Source of the DNA: Chrysomallon squamiferum
Lineage: Eukaryota > Animalia > Mollusca
Assembly: GCA_012295275.1 (NCBI GenBank)
Contig: CM022673.1
Location: 7,254,001-7,318,000 of the forward strand
Length of the DNA stretch: 64,000 nt
Direction of reading: 5' to 3'
The notes under the pieces were generated by a model. It was given only the letters and a program-made list of their open reading frames with translations, had not been told where the DNA came from and did not search any database. The position numbers and the translations under genes are program-made. This document shows, piece after piece, positions 36,331 through 51,300 of this stretch; position 1 is the stretch's first letter; the number at the start of each line of letters is the position of its first letter.

Positions 36331-39300
36331 GTAAGTACTTGTTATAATCTTTTTAATAAACTAATTTTTCAATAGATTTAGCGAAGCCTTAATGCATAAC
36401 CCAAGATACTAGATTGCCTACTTTAGAGAGAAACGATACGGTAGCCTGCTGAAAAAATACAAAACAAAAAACATGCTTACAGAAGAAAGTGTATGTACGT
36501 AAGTATGTATGTAAGAAATATCCAGTTGAACGTAAGGATTTTTATGAACATGGCACTGAAAAACTCACTGACTTTTTAATATTTTTAATTTTTTATATAT
36601 TTTTTTTATCTTAATAAGCCTTAAAAAACGGAGAGAACTTTCATTACAGCTTGATAGACATTTTTACTCGTTCACTATAAAAGTCAACACAGCGAAGGCA
36701 TCGGGTTTCCTTTCTCATTATTTAATTATACTAAAACATCTACTCGTTATTTACGAATTTTTAATAACGTAAATGCCACCTATGCTAGATGTGTAGGTGC
36801 GATTATACTTTCTGAGAAACTGTAGCAGGGAAACAAAATATATATTTTTTAAATTGTGTTTGACATGAGTGAAATAGCCCACGTATTGAAAACAGCCGGT
36901 TTCCAGTTTCATGGCGCAACTATTGTAGTATTATCTTTAGTTATATACGTGTACGTTTGTTACATTTTAAAAGGCATTTTAACTATGTGTCAAATGATAT
37001 GACGATTAAATAACACCGTGTGAACATTTAAAACGTAAATACATTTGTCTATTAGCAAATTATGTGTTGTATTGTTATCACGGCCTTAAAAATCAGTAAC
37101 ATTTGCTATATTATTTCGGAAATATGTTTCAATAATCAGCCTCTGCCAATGGCTGGTGTTTGCTCTGGATACTGGGACTGTGCGACTGGTACACGATACG
37201 GATGACGCTGCCCTACTGGGTATTCTTTCAGCGTGTTTCCCAGTTATTGCTGATAGCAACTGCCATGATTTTCTTCCGTAGATGGTCTTAGTAACAAAGG
37301 AAGATGAATAAAAAACAACGATTCTTCTTTAATAGTAAGCGTAATAAATAACTATTCGAGCTCAGAAATTAATGATTTTTTGTTGCTATTATATTCTCTG
37401 AAACCAATGTCATTTCCTATGTTCTTACAGAAGGCTGTTACGGTAGACAATTGCAGCCAATGCCAGGTGTTTGTTCCGGTTACTTGGACTGCACTTCGGG
37501 AAATCCATACAAAAGATGTTGCCCAAATGGATATGCATTCAGTGCAACCACCAGACAGTGTGTTGTTGACTCAGCTTGTACTGATCACTGCTCAGAACAC
37601 GATGGAGGTAGTTAATTTTTGTTTGTGTTCGTCTTTTCTCAAAATAAGAAAAATAATCAAGTCTTAACAAATTTCGTATTATTTTAATGTTATTATGTTT
37701 TCTTAAAATCATAAAAAGTTAGTGTATTTTTCAGACTTGTGTTACGATAATCAGCCTATGCCAATAGGTGGCGTTTGCTCTGGATACTGGGACTGTTCGA
37801 GTCATACTCCATACAGAAGATGCTGCCCTACTGGATATTCATTCAGTGTTACCACCAGACAGTGTGTTGTTGACTCAACTTGTACTGATCCGTGCCCATG
37901 GGGCGATCGAGGTATTTACTGTTTCGTCTGTGTATGCGTTTTGTCAATAACAGGAAAACCACTATATATTGTACTGTTATAATGCCCTTTTAAATTCCTA
38001 TAGATCTGCTGTGATATCGGGAATTTGTTACAATAATCAACGTCAGCCAACAGCTGGTGTTTGCTCTGGATACTGGGTCTGTGCGACTGGTACTCCCTAC
38101 AAAAGATGCTAAACTATGGGATATTTGTTCAGTGTGATTAAAAGATAGTGTGTAGTTGATAGCAACTGCCTTCGTTTTTGATCAGCAGGTGGTCCTGGGA
38201 GAAAAGAACAAAATTCTTCTTTAATAATTAGCGAAATAGATTACGATAAAGCGCGGAGTTTATTTTATTTTTTATTGTTATAATAATCTCTAAAATCGCT
38301 GAGTTGTTTGAGGTGGCTGTTACGGTACGCAATTGCAGCCAATGCCAGGTGTTTGTTCCGGTTACTTGGACTGCGCTACGGGAAATCCATACGAAAGATG
38401 TTGCCCAAGTGGATATTCTTTCAGTGTTACGACCAGACAATGTGTAGTTGACAGCAATTGTAATGATCCGTGTCCATGGGGCGGTAGGGGTAGTTTACGT
38501 TTTTTCTGTGCATGCGTTTTGTCAAAAAAGTGAAAAAGAAGGAAATTATATGTTGTATAGTTATAATGGGCGGAATTGTTTTGTATTATTGTTTTACTAA
38601 TCTCTGAAAACGCTATGTTGTTACAGACGTCTGTTCCGGTAGGCATATGCAGCCAATGCCAGGTGTTTGTTCCGGTTACTTGGACTGCACTTCGGGAAGT
38701 CCAAACAAAAGATGTTGCCCAAGTGGATATGCATTCAGTGTAACCACCAGACAGTGTGTTGTTGACTCAACTTGTACTGATCCGTGCCCATGGGGCGGTC
38801 GAGGTAATTACTGTTTCGTCTGTGTATGCGTTTTGTCAAAAATAGGAAAACCACTATATATTGTACTGTTATAATGCCCTTTTAAATTCCTATAGATCTG
38901 CTGTGATATCGGGAATTTGTTACAATAATCAACGTCAGCCAACAGCTGGTGTTTGCTCCAGCAGAAATTGTAGCAGGGAAACAAAATATTTTTATTTTTA
39001 TTTTATTTTTGATATGAGTGAAATAGCCCACGTATTGAAAACAGCCGGTTTCCAGTTTCACGGCGCAACTATTGTAGTATTATCTTTAGTTATATACGTG
39101 TACGTTTGTTACATTTTAAAAGGCATTTTAACTATATGACAAATGATATGACGATTAAATAACACCGTGTGAACATTTAAAACGTAAATACATTTGTCTA
39201 ATGATAATTGTGAACATGTCGAAATCATCAGACCACCAGTGAATGACAACAAACAATTTAAAATCTATCAAGAAATAATACGTTTGTGCTATTCCACCTT

Positions 39301-39637
39301 AGCGACTGTTTCTATTTTACTTTATTAAACTCCTTTGCAACGAATAAGTGTATAAAAAAATGTATCTGATATTTTAGATATTACACACTTTATGTCGAGA
39401 CGACCATTAAATCGTTGTGATCTATTAATATTACGATGTATATGTAACGGCATGAAAAAGTTGTCAAGGTTTATCACGTCGTGTGAACTCCCCTTAAATA
39501 ATGAAACTAGTTACTTAATTTTCTTATAATAATAGAATTTACCGTTCCGAACAAAAACTTGTTACCAGTTACCAGCTTATTAATAGTTTGATGATTATAT
39601 TGCTGTATCATCATCGTTATCATCATCATCATCATCA

Positions 39638-39688
<51 letters not shown>

Positions 39689-39995
39689 TTATTATTTATG
39701 TAAATATAGAATATATTTAGGATGCACCATGTTGGCGACTTCGATGCCAAAAGACATTGCAAAATAACACTCACACGGTGTACAACAAAAAATGCAGTCG
39801 ACTAAAGCAATAATGTAAAGAAAGTAATATATATATATATATAATACTTATTTTACATTTTAATTAATTACTTAATGTATTTTTATTATTACTATTGCTG
39901 TTGCTACTACTACTACTACTACTACTGATGCTATTATTATTATTATTATTATTATTATTATGATTATTATTATTTTTATTTTTATTATTATTATG

Positions 39996-40042
<47 letters not shown>

Positions 40043-41268
40043 CGCTGCTGTTGTTGTTGTTGATCTTGTTGCTGCTGATGCTACTAATAGTATTATCATT
40101 CTATTACTAGATATCTGTGGACATTGTAAAAACTCCAACAGAGGCTGCTATGTAGCTCACCCGGACTGTAATCGTTACTACCAGTGTGATTATGACGACA
40201 CAAGAAAGATGGTAGCCACTGTTCGGAGATGTCCGTACGGGTTATACTGGAACAAGAAGTTACTTACCTGCGACTATCCACACAATGTAGAATGCGCCAG
40301 AGGTATGTGTACAGTGAACAACATTTTAGTGCTAAAGCAAACAGGACAAATAAATAAAATTTGATAAAATCAAATCAAATTAAAAAAGTTAATAAATACC
40401 CCAAAAAAAAAAAATAAAAAAAAAAAATCAACAAAAAAAATCATTAACAAATAACATTTAACTCATGAATTAATAAATGAATACAGAAAGAGATAAATAA
40501 ATAAATGTAGAAAGGGAGAAATAAAATAAATAAAAATATGTAAATAAAAAGAATAGATTTAAGTGATAAATAAATTAATACACAGAGAGATAAATAAATG
40601 AATGAATGAATGAATGAATAAATAAAAAAAAAAAATAAATAAATAACATTACAAAACAACCTGACTAAAATCAGAGACTCTCAGATCGCAGCAATTTTGT
40701 GAATAAAATTCGACGATATTCCATTAAAGTCAAAAAAGTAATACGGTCATCTTAAGAAAATAATAATACGACAATCTGACGCCAAACAATAAAATCTGTT
40801 TCGTTTGTTTATATCTGAATGGTATTATGTACGGTTATCTGTTTTTAATCCAGTTCTGCCGATCACTAATTTTGCTATCACTGATCAATTTACAGTAGTT
40901 TCCCGGATTAACCACACCTCCGAAATTTTAAAGATCTACTACCACCACGGGTCAAAGCAAAGTAAAAATTGTATTCCCATGAGTCATAATCATAAACTTT
41001 CGTGTTAAATAGATGCTTCCAGGGTAATTCAAAAACTTCCTAAATAAAAAAAAAAATTCTAAACCTAAAACGTTTTACATTTAAATTATAGTTTTGTTAC
41101 TAATTAATATCTGAGCAATACTATCACTGAAGTATCACACAGAAAAAGAAAATAAACAAAACAACAAAACAACACGAATGGGATTTTTTTCTATGCAAAT
41201 AAATAATATATTTCTTAATATGTATGTTTCCTTTTTAATTTTTAGTTTTTCTTCTTTTTCTTCTTCTT

Positions 41269-41333
<65 letters not shown>

Positions 41334-44105
41334 CATTAAAATTATCATTATTATTATATATGGCCCATTTAGAATGTGCTATACTTGTTTCTTAATCTGG
41401 CCCGGATAGGTCAAGGAATGGAATAAAAACATTCATTTGCATTTAATAAAAACAGCACTACTCTGATAAACCTGATCATTAATTGAAACTAAAAAATATT
41501 TATGTTGGTTACGGTTGACGTTGGTGCTGATGGTTATATAACGCGCGATGGTAATAGCTGTCTGTTATTTTGTTAGCGTCAGGAATCTGCGTAAACAACG
41601 GTCCTCAACCAATAGATGGTTACTGCGCTGGATACTGGGACTGCTCGACTGGAGTACCAAAGAGACAGTGCTGCCCTTTCGGTTATTCATTCAGTGCGGC
41701 CTATAGACGATGCGTACAAGATGTCACATGCCAAGAAACATGTAACACAACTTTTTCAGGTACGTGATTTATCATTTCTTTAAAAATATCTAAATGGAAT
41801 GATACATTATTTATGTTACCTTTTGAATTACTTTAATTTATTTGCTAACGTACACTCAGCCTTTATCATAAATAAAATATGGCTAAATTAAGTAACAATT
41901 CTAGAAGAATTAACCATTATTATTATTTCCTATTTCGTTACCTTATTTTAGCGTAGAGAAAAAGGTTAAAAATTAGCAGTGGAATAAATAAGTTACACAC
42001 AAAAATAAAGAAAAAAGATAATCGGTGATCAACAATGGCATATATAATGAAATATATTATGATGCATACGCGGAAACCATTGGGTTTCTGATTCTTATAA
42101 TCATCTCTGAAATCGCTATCATTTGCTATGTTGTCTCACCAGTCTGTTACGGTAGGCAATTGCAGCCAATGCCAAATGTTTGTTCCGGTTACTTGGACTG
42201 CACTACGGGACATCCATACAAAAGATGTTGCCCAAGTGGATATGCATTCAGTATAACGACCAGACAGTGCGTTGTTGACTCAACTTGCCATGATCAGTGC
42301 TCAGTACATTTTGGAGGTAGTTATCTTTTTGTCTGTGTTCGTCTTTTGTCAAAATAAGAAAAATAATCGAGTCTTAAATTATTTCGTATTATTTTCATAT
42401 TATTATGTTTTCTTAAAATCACAGACAGTCTCTGCGTTTTTCAGAAATGTGCTACAACAAGCAGCCACTGCCAATACCAGGAATCTGTTGTGGATATTGG
42501 GACTGTTCGTCTGGAAATCCATTCACACGATGTTGCCCTACTGGATATTCATTCAGTGTTACGACCAGACAATGTGTAGTTGACAGCAATTGTAATTATC
42601 CGTGTCCATGGACCGGTACAGGTGGCCCTGGAGGTACTTATCGTTTCGTCTTTGTATGCGTTTTGTGAAAAATAAGAAAAAGAAGCAAATTATATGTTCT
42701 ACAGTTACTATGGCCTTTAAAATCAGTAACATTTACAATATTATTTCAGGAACATGTTACGATAATCAACCTATGCCAATATCTGGCGTTTGCTCTGGAT
42801 ACTGGGACTGTTCGAGTCATACGCCATACAGAAGATGCTGCCCGACTGGATATTCATTCAGTGTTGCCAAAAGTTGGATTGTAAATCCTGCCCATGGGGC
42901 GGGATATTTGTTCAGTGCGTTTTGAAAAAAAGATACCGTATATGTTGTTATAATGACCTTTAAAATCAGTGCCGTTGTTTTTGATCAGCAGGTGGTCCTG
43001 ATACTGGGAGAAAAGAACGGAAAATTTCGTGTTTCTTTACTTAATTTTCTTCGCAGATGGTCTTAGTAATGAAAAAAGAAAAAAGTTCTTCTTTAATAAG
43101 CGAAAAAATAAATACAATGCGCGGAGTTTATTTTTTATTTTTTATTGTTATAATAATCTCTAAAAACACTATGTTCTTTCAACAGGCTGTTACGGTACGC
43201 AATTGCAGCCAATGCCAGGTTTTTGTTCCGGTTACTTGGACTGCACTACGGGAAATCCATACAAAAGATGTTGCCCTGCTGGATATGCATTCAGTGCAAC
43301 CACCAGACAGTGTGTTGTTGACTCAACTTGCCATGATCTGTGCTCAGTACACTTTGGAGGTAGTTAACTTTTTGTCTGTGTTCGTCTTTTCTCGAAATAA
43401 GAAAAATAATCAAGTCTTAACATAGTTCGTATTATTTTAATGTTATTATGTTTTCTTAAAATCATAAAAAGTTAGTGTATTTTTCAGACATGTGTTACCA
43501 GAAGCAGCTGTTGCCAATACCAGGAATCTGTTGTGGATATTGGGACTGTTCGTCTGGAAATCCATTCACTCGATGTTGCCCTACTGGATATTCATTCAGT
43601 GTTACGACCAGACAATGTGTAGTTGACAGCAATTGTAATTATCCGTGTCCATGGACCGGTACAGGTGGCCCTGGAGGTACTTATCGCTCCGTCTGTGTAT
43701 GCGTTTTGTGAAAAATAAGAAAAATAAGCAAATTATATATTGTACAGTTACAGTCGCCTTTAAAATCAATAACATTTGCTATTTTATTTCAGGAATCTGT
43801 TACGATAATCAACCTATGCCAATAGCTGGCCTTTGCTCTGGATACTGGGACTGTTCGACTCGTACACCATACAGAAGATGCTGTCCTACTGGATATTCAT
43901 TCAGTACAACCACCAGAACATGTGTAGTTGATAGGAACTGCCATGATGTTTGTTCCGTAACTGATCCCGGTAAAAAACATTCTTCTTTAATAACAGGCGA
44001 AATAGATTATGACGGAAGTGAAGAAATAGTTGTTTTTTATGTTGCTGTTATAATGACCTGTAACACCGCTGTCATTTGCCGTGTTGTTTCAGCAATCTGT
44101 TACAT

Positions 44106-44156
<51 letters not shown>

Positions 44157-45326
44157 TAGTAACAGTAATGGCAGTAGTAATGATATTGAAATGGTAACAG
44201 TAGTTTTAGTAGTAGTTATAGTAATATTAGTTGTAGTAGACTTGTTGTATTTTCATCGTTTTTGATCAGCAGGTGGTCGTTGGAGAAAAGAACAAAATTC
44301 GATTTCTTTAATAATAAGCGAAATAGATTACTATAATGCGCGGAGTTTTTTCTTTTTTTTTTTCTTGTTGTAATAATCTCTAAAAACACTATGTTGTTTC
44401 AGAAGGCTGTTACGGTAGGCAATTGCAGCCAATGCCAGGTGTTTGTTCCGGTTACTTGGACTGCACTACAGGAAATCCATACAAAAGATGTTGCCCAAGT
44501 GGATATGCATTCAGTGCAACCACCAGACAGTGTGTTGTTGACTCAACTTGCCATGATCTGTGCTCAGTACACTTTGGAGGTAGTTAACTTTTTGTCTGTG
44601 TTCGTCTTTTCTCAAAATAAGAAAAATAATCAAGTCTTAACATAGTTCGTATTATTTTAATGTTATTATGTTTTCTTAAAATCATAAAAAGTTAGTGTAT
44701 TTTTCAGACATGTGTTACCAGAAGCAGCTGTTGCCAATACCAGGAATCTGTTGTGGATATTGGGACTGTTCGTCTGGAAATCCATTCACTCGATGTTGCC
44801 CTACTGGATATTCATTCAGTGTTACGACCAGACAATGTGTAGTTGACAGCAATTGTAATTATCCGTGTCCATGGACCGGTACAGGTGGCCCTGGAGGTAC
44901 TTATCGCTCCGTCTGTGTATGCGTTTTGTGAAAAAATAAGAAAAATAAGCAAATTATATATTGTACAGTTACAGTCGCCTTTAAAATCAATAACATTTGC
45001 TATTTTATTTCAGGAATCTGTTACGATAATCAACCTATGCCAATAGCTGGCCTTTGCTCTGGATACTGGGACTGTTCGACTCGTACACCATACAGAAGAT
45101 GCTGTCCTACTGGATATTCATTCAGTACAACCACCAGAACATGTGTAGTTGATAGGAACTGCCATGATGTTTGTTCCGTAACTGATCCCGGTAAAAAACA
45201 TTCTTCTTTAATAACAGGCGAAATAGATTATGACGGAAGTGAAGAAATAGTTGTTTTTTATGTTGCTGTTATAATGACCTGTAACACCGCTGTCATTTGC
45301 CGTGTTGTTTCAGCAATCTGTTACAT

Positions 45327-45380
<54 letters not shown>

Positions 45381-48300
45381 TAGTAACAGTAATGGCAGTA
45401 GTAATGATATTGAAATGGTAACAGTAGTTTTAGTAGTAGTTATAGTAATATTAGTTGTAGTAGACTTGTTGTATTTTCATCGTTTTTGATCAGCAGGTGG
45501 TCCTTGGAGAAAAGAACAAAATTCTTCTTTAATAATAAGCGAAATAGATTACTATAATGCGCGGAGTTTTTTCTTTTTTTTCTTGTTGTAATAATCTCTA
45601 AAAACACTATGTTGTTTCAGACAGGCTGTTACGGTAGGCAATTGCAGCCAATGCCAGGTGTTTGTTCCGGTTACTTGGACTGCACTACAGGAAATCCATA
45701 CAAAAGATGTTGCCCAAGTGGATATGCATTCAGTGCAACCACCAGACAGTGTGTTGTTGACTCAACTTGCCATGATCTGTGCTCAGTACACTTTGGAGGT
45801 AGTTAACTTTTTGTCTGTGTTCGTCTTTTCTCAAAATAAGAAAAATAATCAAGTCTTAACATAGTTCGTATTATTTTAATGTTATTATGTTTTCTTAAAA
45901 TCATAAAAAGTTAGTGTATTTTTCAGACATGTGTTACCAGAAGCAGCTGTTGCCAATACCAGGAATCTGTTGTGGATATTGGGACTGTTCGTCTGGAACA
46001 CCATCCGCAAGATGTTGTCCTACTGGATATTCATTCAGTGTTACCACCAGACAATGTGTAGTTGACAGCAATTGTAATGATCCGTGCCCAGGGGGCCCTC
46101 GAGGTAGTGATCGTTTCGTCTGTGTATGCGTTTTGTGAAAAAAAAGAAAAATTAGCAAATTATGTGTTGTATTGTTATAATGGCGTTTAAAATCAATAAC
46201 ATTTGCTATTTTATTTCGGAAATATGTTTCAAAAATCAACGTCAGTCAATAGCTGGTCTTTGCTCCGGATACTGGGTCTGTGCGACTGGTACACCATACA
46301 AAGGATGCTAAACTATGGGATATTTTTTCAATGTGAATACAAGATAGTGTGTAGTTGATAGCAACTGCCATCGTTTTGGATCAGCAGGTGGTCCTGGGAG
46401 AAAAGAACAAAATTCAGTGTTACCACTAGACAATGTGTAGTTGATAGCAATTGTAATGATCCGTGCCTATGGGGCGGTCGAGGTAGTTATCGTTTAGTCT
46501 GTATATGCGTTTTGTGAAAAATAAGAAAAATAAGCAATTATATGTTGTATAGATATAGTCGCCTTTAAAATCAATAACATTTGCTATTTTATTTCAGAAA
46601 ACTGTTACGATAATCAACCTATGCCAATAGCTGGCCTTTGCTCTGGATACTGGGACTGTTCGACTCGTACACCATACAGAAGATGCTGCCCTGCTGGATA
46701 TTCATTCAGTGTTACCACCAGACAGTGTGTTGTTGACAGCAATTGTAATGATCCGTGTCCATGGCGCGGTAGGGGTAGTTTACGTTTTTTCTGTGTATGC
46801 GTTTTGTGAAAAAAGTGAAAAAGAAGGAAATTATATGTTGTATAGTTATAATGGGCGGAATTTTTGTTTTTGTATTATTGTTTTACTAATCTCTAAAAAC
46901 ACTATGTTGTTACAGGAGTCTGTTACGGTAGGCATATGCAGCCAATGCCAGGTGTTTGTTCCGGTTACTTGGACTGCACTACGGGAAATCCATACAAAAG
47001 ATGTTGCCCAAGTGGATATGCATTCAGTGCAACCACCAGACAGTGTGTTGTTGACTCAACTTGCCATGATCTGTGCTCAGTACACTTTGGAGGTAGTTAA
47101 CTTTTTGTCTATGTTCGTCTTTTCTCAAAATAAGAAAAATAATCAAGTCTTAACATAGTTCGTATTATTTTAATGTTATTATGTTTTCTTAAAATCATAA
47201 AAAGTTAGTGTATTTTTCAGACATGTGTTACCAGAAGCAGCTGTTGCCAATACCAGGAATCTGTTGTGGATATTGGGACTGTTCGTCTGGAACACCATCC
47301 GCAAGATGTTGTCCTACTGGATATTCATTCAGTGTTACCACCAGACAATGTGTAGTTGACAGCAATTGTAATGATCCGTGCCCAGGGGGCCCTCGAGGTA
47401 GTGATCGTTTCGTCTGTGTATGCGTTTTGTGAAAAAAAAGAAAAATTAGCAAATTATGTGTTGTATTGTTATAATGGCGTTTAAAATCAATAACATTTGC
47501 TATTTTATTTCGGAAATATGTTTCAAAAATCAACGTCAGTCAATAGCTGGTCTTTGCTCCGGATACTGGGTCTGTGCGACTGGTACACCATACAAAGGAT
47601 GCTAAACTATGGGATATTTTTTCAATGTGAATACAAGATAGTGTGTAGTTGATAGCAACTGCCATCGTTTTTGATCAGCAGGTGGTCCTGGGAGAAAAGA
47701 ACAAAATTCAGTGTTACCACTAGACAATGTGTAGTTGATAGCAATTGTAATGATCCGTGCCTATGGGGCGGTCGAGGTAGTTATCGTTTAGTCTGTATAT
47801 GCGTTTTGTGAAAAATAAGAAAAATAAGCAATTATATGTTGTATAGATATAGTCGCCTTTAAAATCAATAACATTTGCTATTTTATTTCAGAAAACTGTT
47901 ACGATAATCAACCTATGCCAATAGCTGGCCTTTGCTCTGGATACTGGGACTGTTCGACTCGTAAACCATACAGAAGATGCTGCCCTGCTGGATATTCATT
48001 CAGTGTTACCACCAGACAGTGTGTTGTTGACAGCAATTGTAATGATCCGTGTCCATGGCGCGGTAGGGGTAGTTTACGTTTTTTCTGTGTATGCGTTTTG
48101 TGAAAAAAGTGAAAAAGAAGGAAATTATATGTTGTATAGTTATAATGGGCGGAATTTTTGTTTTTGTATTATTGTTTTACTAATCTCTAAAAACACTATG
48201 TTGTTACAGGAGTCTGTTACGGTAGGCATATGCAGCCAATGCCAGGTGTTTGTTCCGGTTACTTGGACTGCACTACGGGAAATCCATACAGAAGATGTTG

Positions 48301-51300
48301 CCCAAGTGGATATGCATTCAGTGTAACCACCAGACAGTGTGTTGTTGACTCAACTTGCTATGATAAGTGCTCAGAACACGTTCCAGGTAGTTAACTTTTT
48401 GTCTGTGTTCGTCTTTTGTCAAAATAAGAAAAATAATCGAGTCAAATTATTTCGTATTGTTTTCATATTATTATGTTTTCTTAAAATCACACACAGTCTC
48501 TGCGTTTTTCAGACATGTGCTACAGTAAGCAGCCACTGCCAATACCAGGAATCTGTTTTGGATATTGGGACTGTTCGTCTGGAACTCCATTGACAAAATG
48601 TTGCCCTACTGGATATTCTTTCAGTGTTACGACTAGACAATGTGAAGTTGACAGCAACTGTAATGATCCGTGTCCATGGGGCGGTAGGGGTAGTTTACGT
48701 TTTTTCTGTGTATGTATTTTGTCAAAAAAGTGAAAAAGAAGGAAATTATATGTTGTATAGTTATAATGGGCGGAATTTTTGTTTTTGTATTATTGTTTTA
48801 CTAATCTCTAAAAACGCTATGTTGTTTCATTAGGCTGTTCCGGTAGGGATATGGAGCCAATGCCAGGTGTTTGTTCCGGTTATTTGGACTGCACTAGTGG
48901 AAGACCACATAGAAGATGTTGCAATCGTGGATATTCATTCAGTGTTACTACCAGACAATGTGTAGTTGACAGCAATTGTAACGATCCGTGCCCATGGCGC
49001 CCTCCAGGTACTTATCGTTTCATCTGTGTATGCGTTTTGTGAAAAATAAGAAAAATTAGCAAATTATGTGTTGTATTGTTATAATGGCCTTTAAAATCAG
49101 TAACATTTGCTATGTTATTTCGGAAATATGTTTCAGTAATCAACCTCTGCCAATAGCTGGTCTTTGCTCTGGATACTGGGTCTGTGCGACTGGTACACCA
49201 TACAAAGGATGCTAAACTATGGGATATTTGTTCCGTATGATTAAAAGATAGTGTATAGTTGATAGCAACTGCCGTCGTTTTTGATCAGCAGGTGGTCCTG
49301 GGAGAAAAGAACAAAATTCTTCTTTAATAATAAGCGAAATAGATTACTACAATGCGCGGAGTTTATTTTTTATTTTTTATTGTTATAATAATCTCTAAAA
49401 ACGCTATGTTGTTTCAACAGGCTGTTACGGTAGGGATATGGAGCCAATGCCAGGTTTTTGTTCCGGTTACTTGGATTGCACTACAGGAAATCCATACAAA
49501 AGATGTTGCCCAAGTGGATATGCATTCAGTGTAACCACCAGACAGTGTGTTGTTGACTCAACTTGTAATGATCAGTGCTCAGTTAGAGGTAGTTAACTTT
49601 TTGTCTGTGTTCGTCTTTTGTCAAAATAAGGAAAATAATCGAGTCTTAACATATTTCGTTTTGTTTTCATATTATTATGTTTTCTTAAAATCATAAATCG
49701 TTACTGTGTGTTTCAGACATGTGCTACAATAATCAGCGACTGCCAATACCAGGAATCTGTTGTGGATATTGGGACTGTTCGTCTGGAACTCCATTGACAA
49801 AATGTTGCCCTACTGGATATTCTTTCAGTGTTACGACCAGACAATGTGTAGTTGACAGCAATTGTAATGATCCGTGTCCATGGGGCGGTAGGGGTAGTTT
49901 ACGTTTTTTCTGTGTATGTATTTTGTCAAAAAAGTGAAAAAGAAGGAAATTATATGTTGTATAGTTATAATGGGCGGAATTTTTGTTTTTGTATTATTGT
50001 TTTACTAATCTCTAAAAACGCTATGTTGTTTCATTAGGCTGTTCCGGTAGGGATATGGAGCCAATGCCAGGTGTTTGTTCCGGTTATTTGGACTGCACTA
50101 GTGGAAGACCACATAGAAGATGTTGCAATCGTGGATATTCATTCAGTGTTACTACCAGACAATGTGTAGTTGACAGCAATTGTAACGATCCGTGCCCATG
50201 GCGCCCTCCAGGTACTTATCGTTTCATCTGTGTATGCGTTTTGTGAAAAATAAGAAAAATTAGCAAATTATGTGTTGTATTGTTATAATGGCCTTTAAAA
50301 TCAGTAACATTTGCTATGTTATTTCGGAAATATGTTTCAGTAATCAACCTCTGCCAATAGCTGGTCTTTGCTCTGGATACTGGGTCTGTGCGACTGGTAC
50401 ACCATACAAAGGATGCTAAACTATGGGATATTTGTTCCGTGTGATTAAAAGATAGTGTATAGTTGATAGCAACTGCCGTCGTTTTTGATCAGCAGGTGGT
50501 CCTGGGAGAAAAGAACAAAATTCTTCTTTAATAATAAGCGAAATAGATTACTACAATGCGCGGAGTTTATTTTTTATTTTTTATTGTTATAATAATCTCT
50601 AAAAACGCTATGTTGTTTCAACAGGCTGTTACGGTAGGGATATGGAGCCAATGCCAGGTTTTTGTTCCGGTTACTTGGATTGCACTACAGGAAATCCATA
50701 CAAAAGATGTTGCCCAAGTGGATATGCATTCAGTGTAACCACCAGACAGTGTGTTGTTGACTCAACTTGTAATGATCAATGCTCAGTTAGAGGTAGTTAA
50801 CTTTTTGTCTGTGTTCGTCTTTTGTCAAAATAAGGAAAATAATCGAGTCTTAACATATTTCGTTTTGTTTTCATATTATTATGTTTTCTTAAAATCATAA
50901 ATCGTTACTGTGTGTTTCAGACATGTGCTACAATAATCAGCGACTGCCAATACCAGGAATCTGTTGTGGATATTGGGACTGTTCGTCTGGAACTCCATTG
51001 ACAAAATGTTGCCCTACTGGATATTCTTTCAGTGTTACGACCAGACAATGTGTAGTTGACAGCAATTGTAATGATCCGTGTCCATGGGGCGGTAGGGGTA
51101 GTTTACGTTTTTCTGTGTATGCATTTTGTCAAAAAAGTCAAAAAAAAGAAGGAAATTATATGTTGTATAGTTGTAATGGGCGGAATTTTTGTTTTTGTAT
51201 TATTGTTTTACTAATCTCTAAAAACGCTATGTTGTTTCATTAGGCTGTTCCGGTAGGGATATGGAGCCAATGCCAGGTGTTTGTTCCGGTTATTTGGACT

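Noticed and set aside
39721-39825. GC-richer segment after an AG in gene B as an extra exon
   Set aside because: Stop codon in the required phase-1 frame and no compatible donor.
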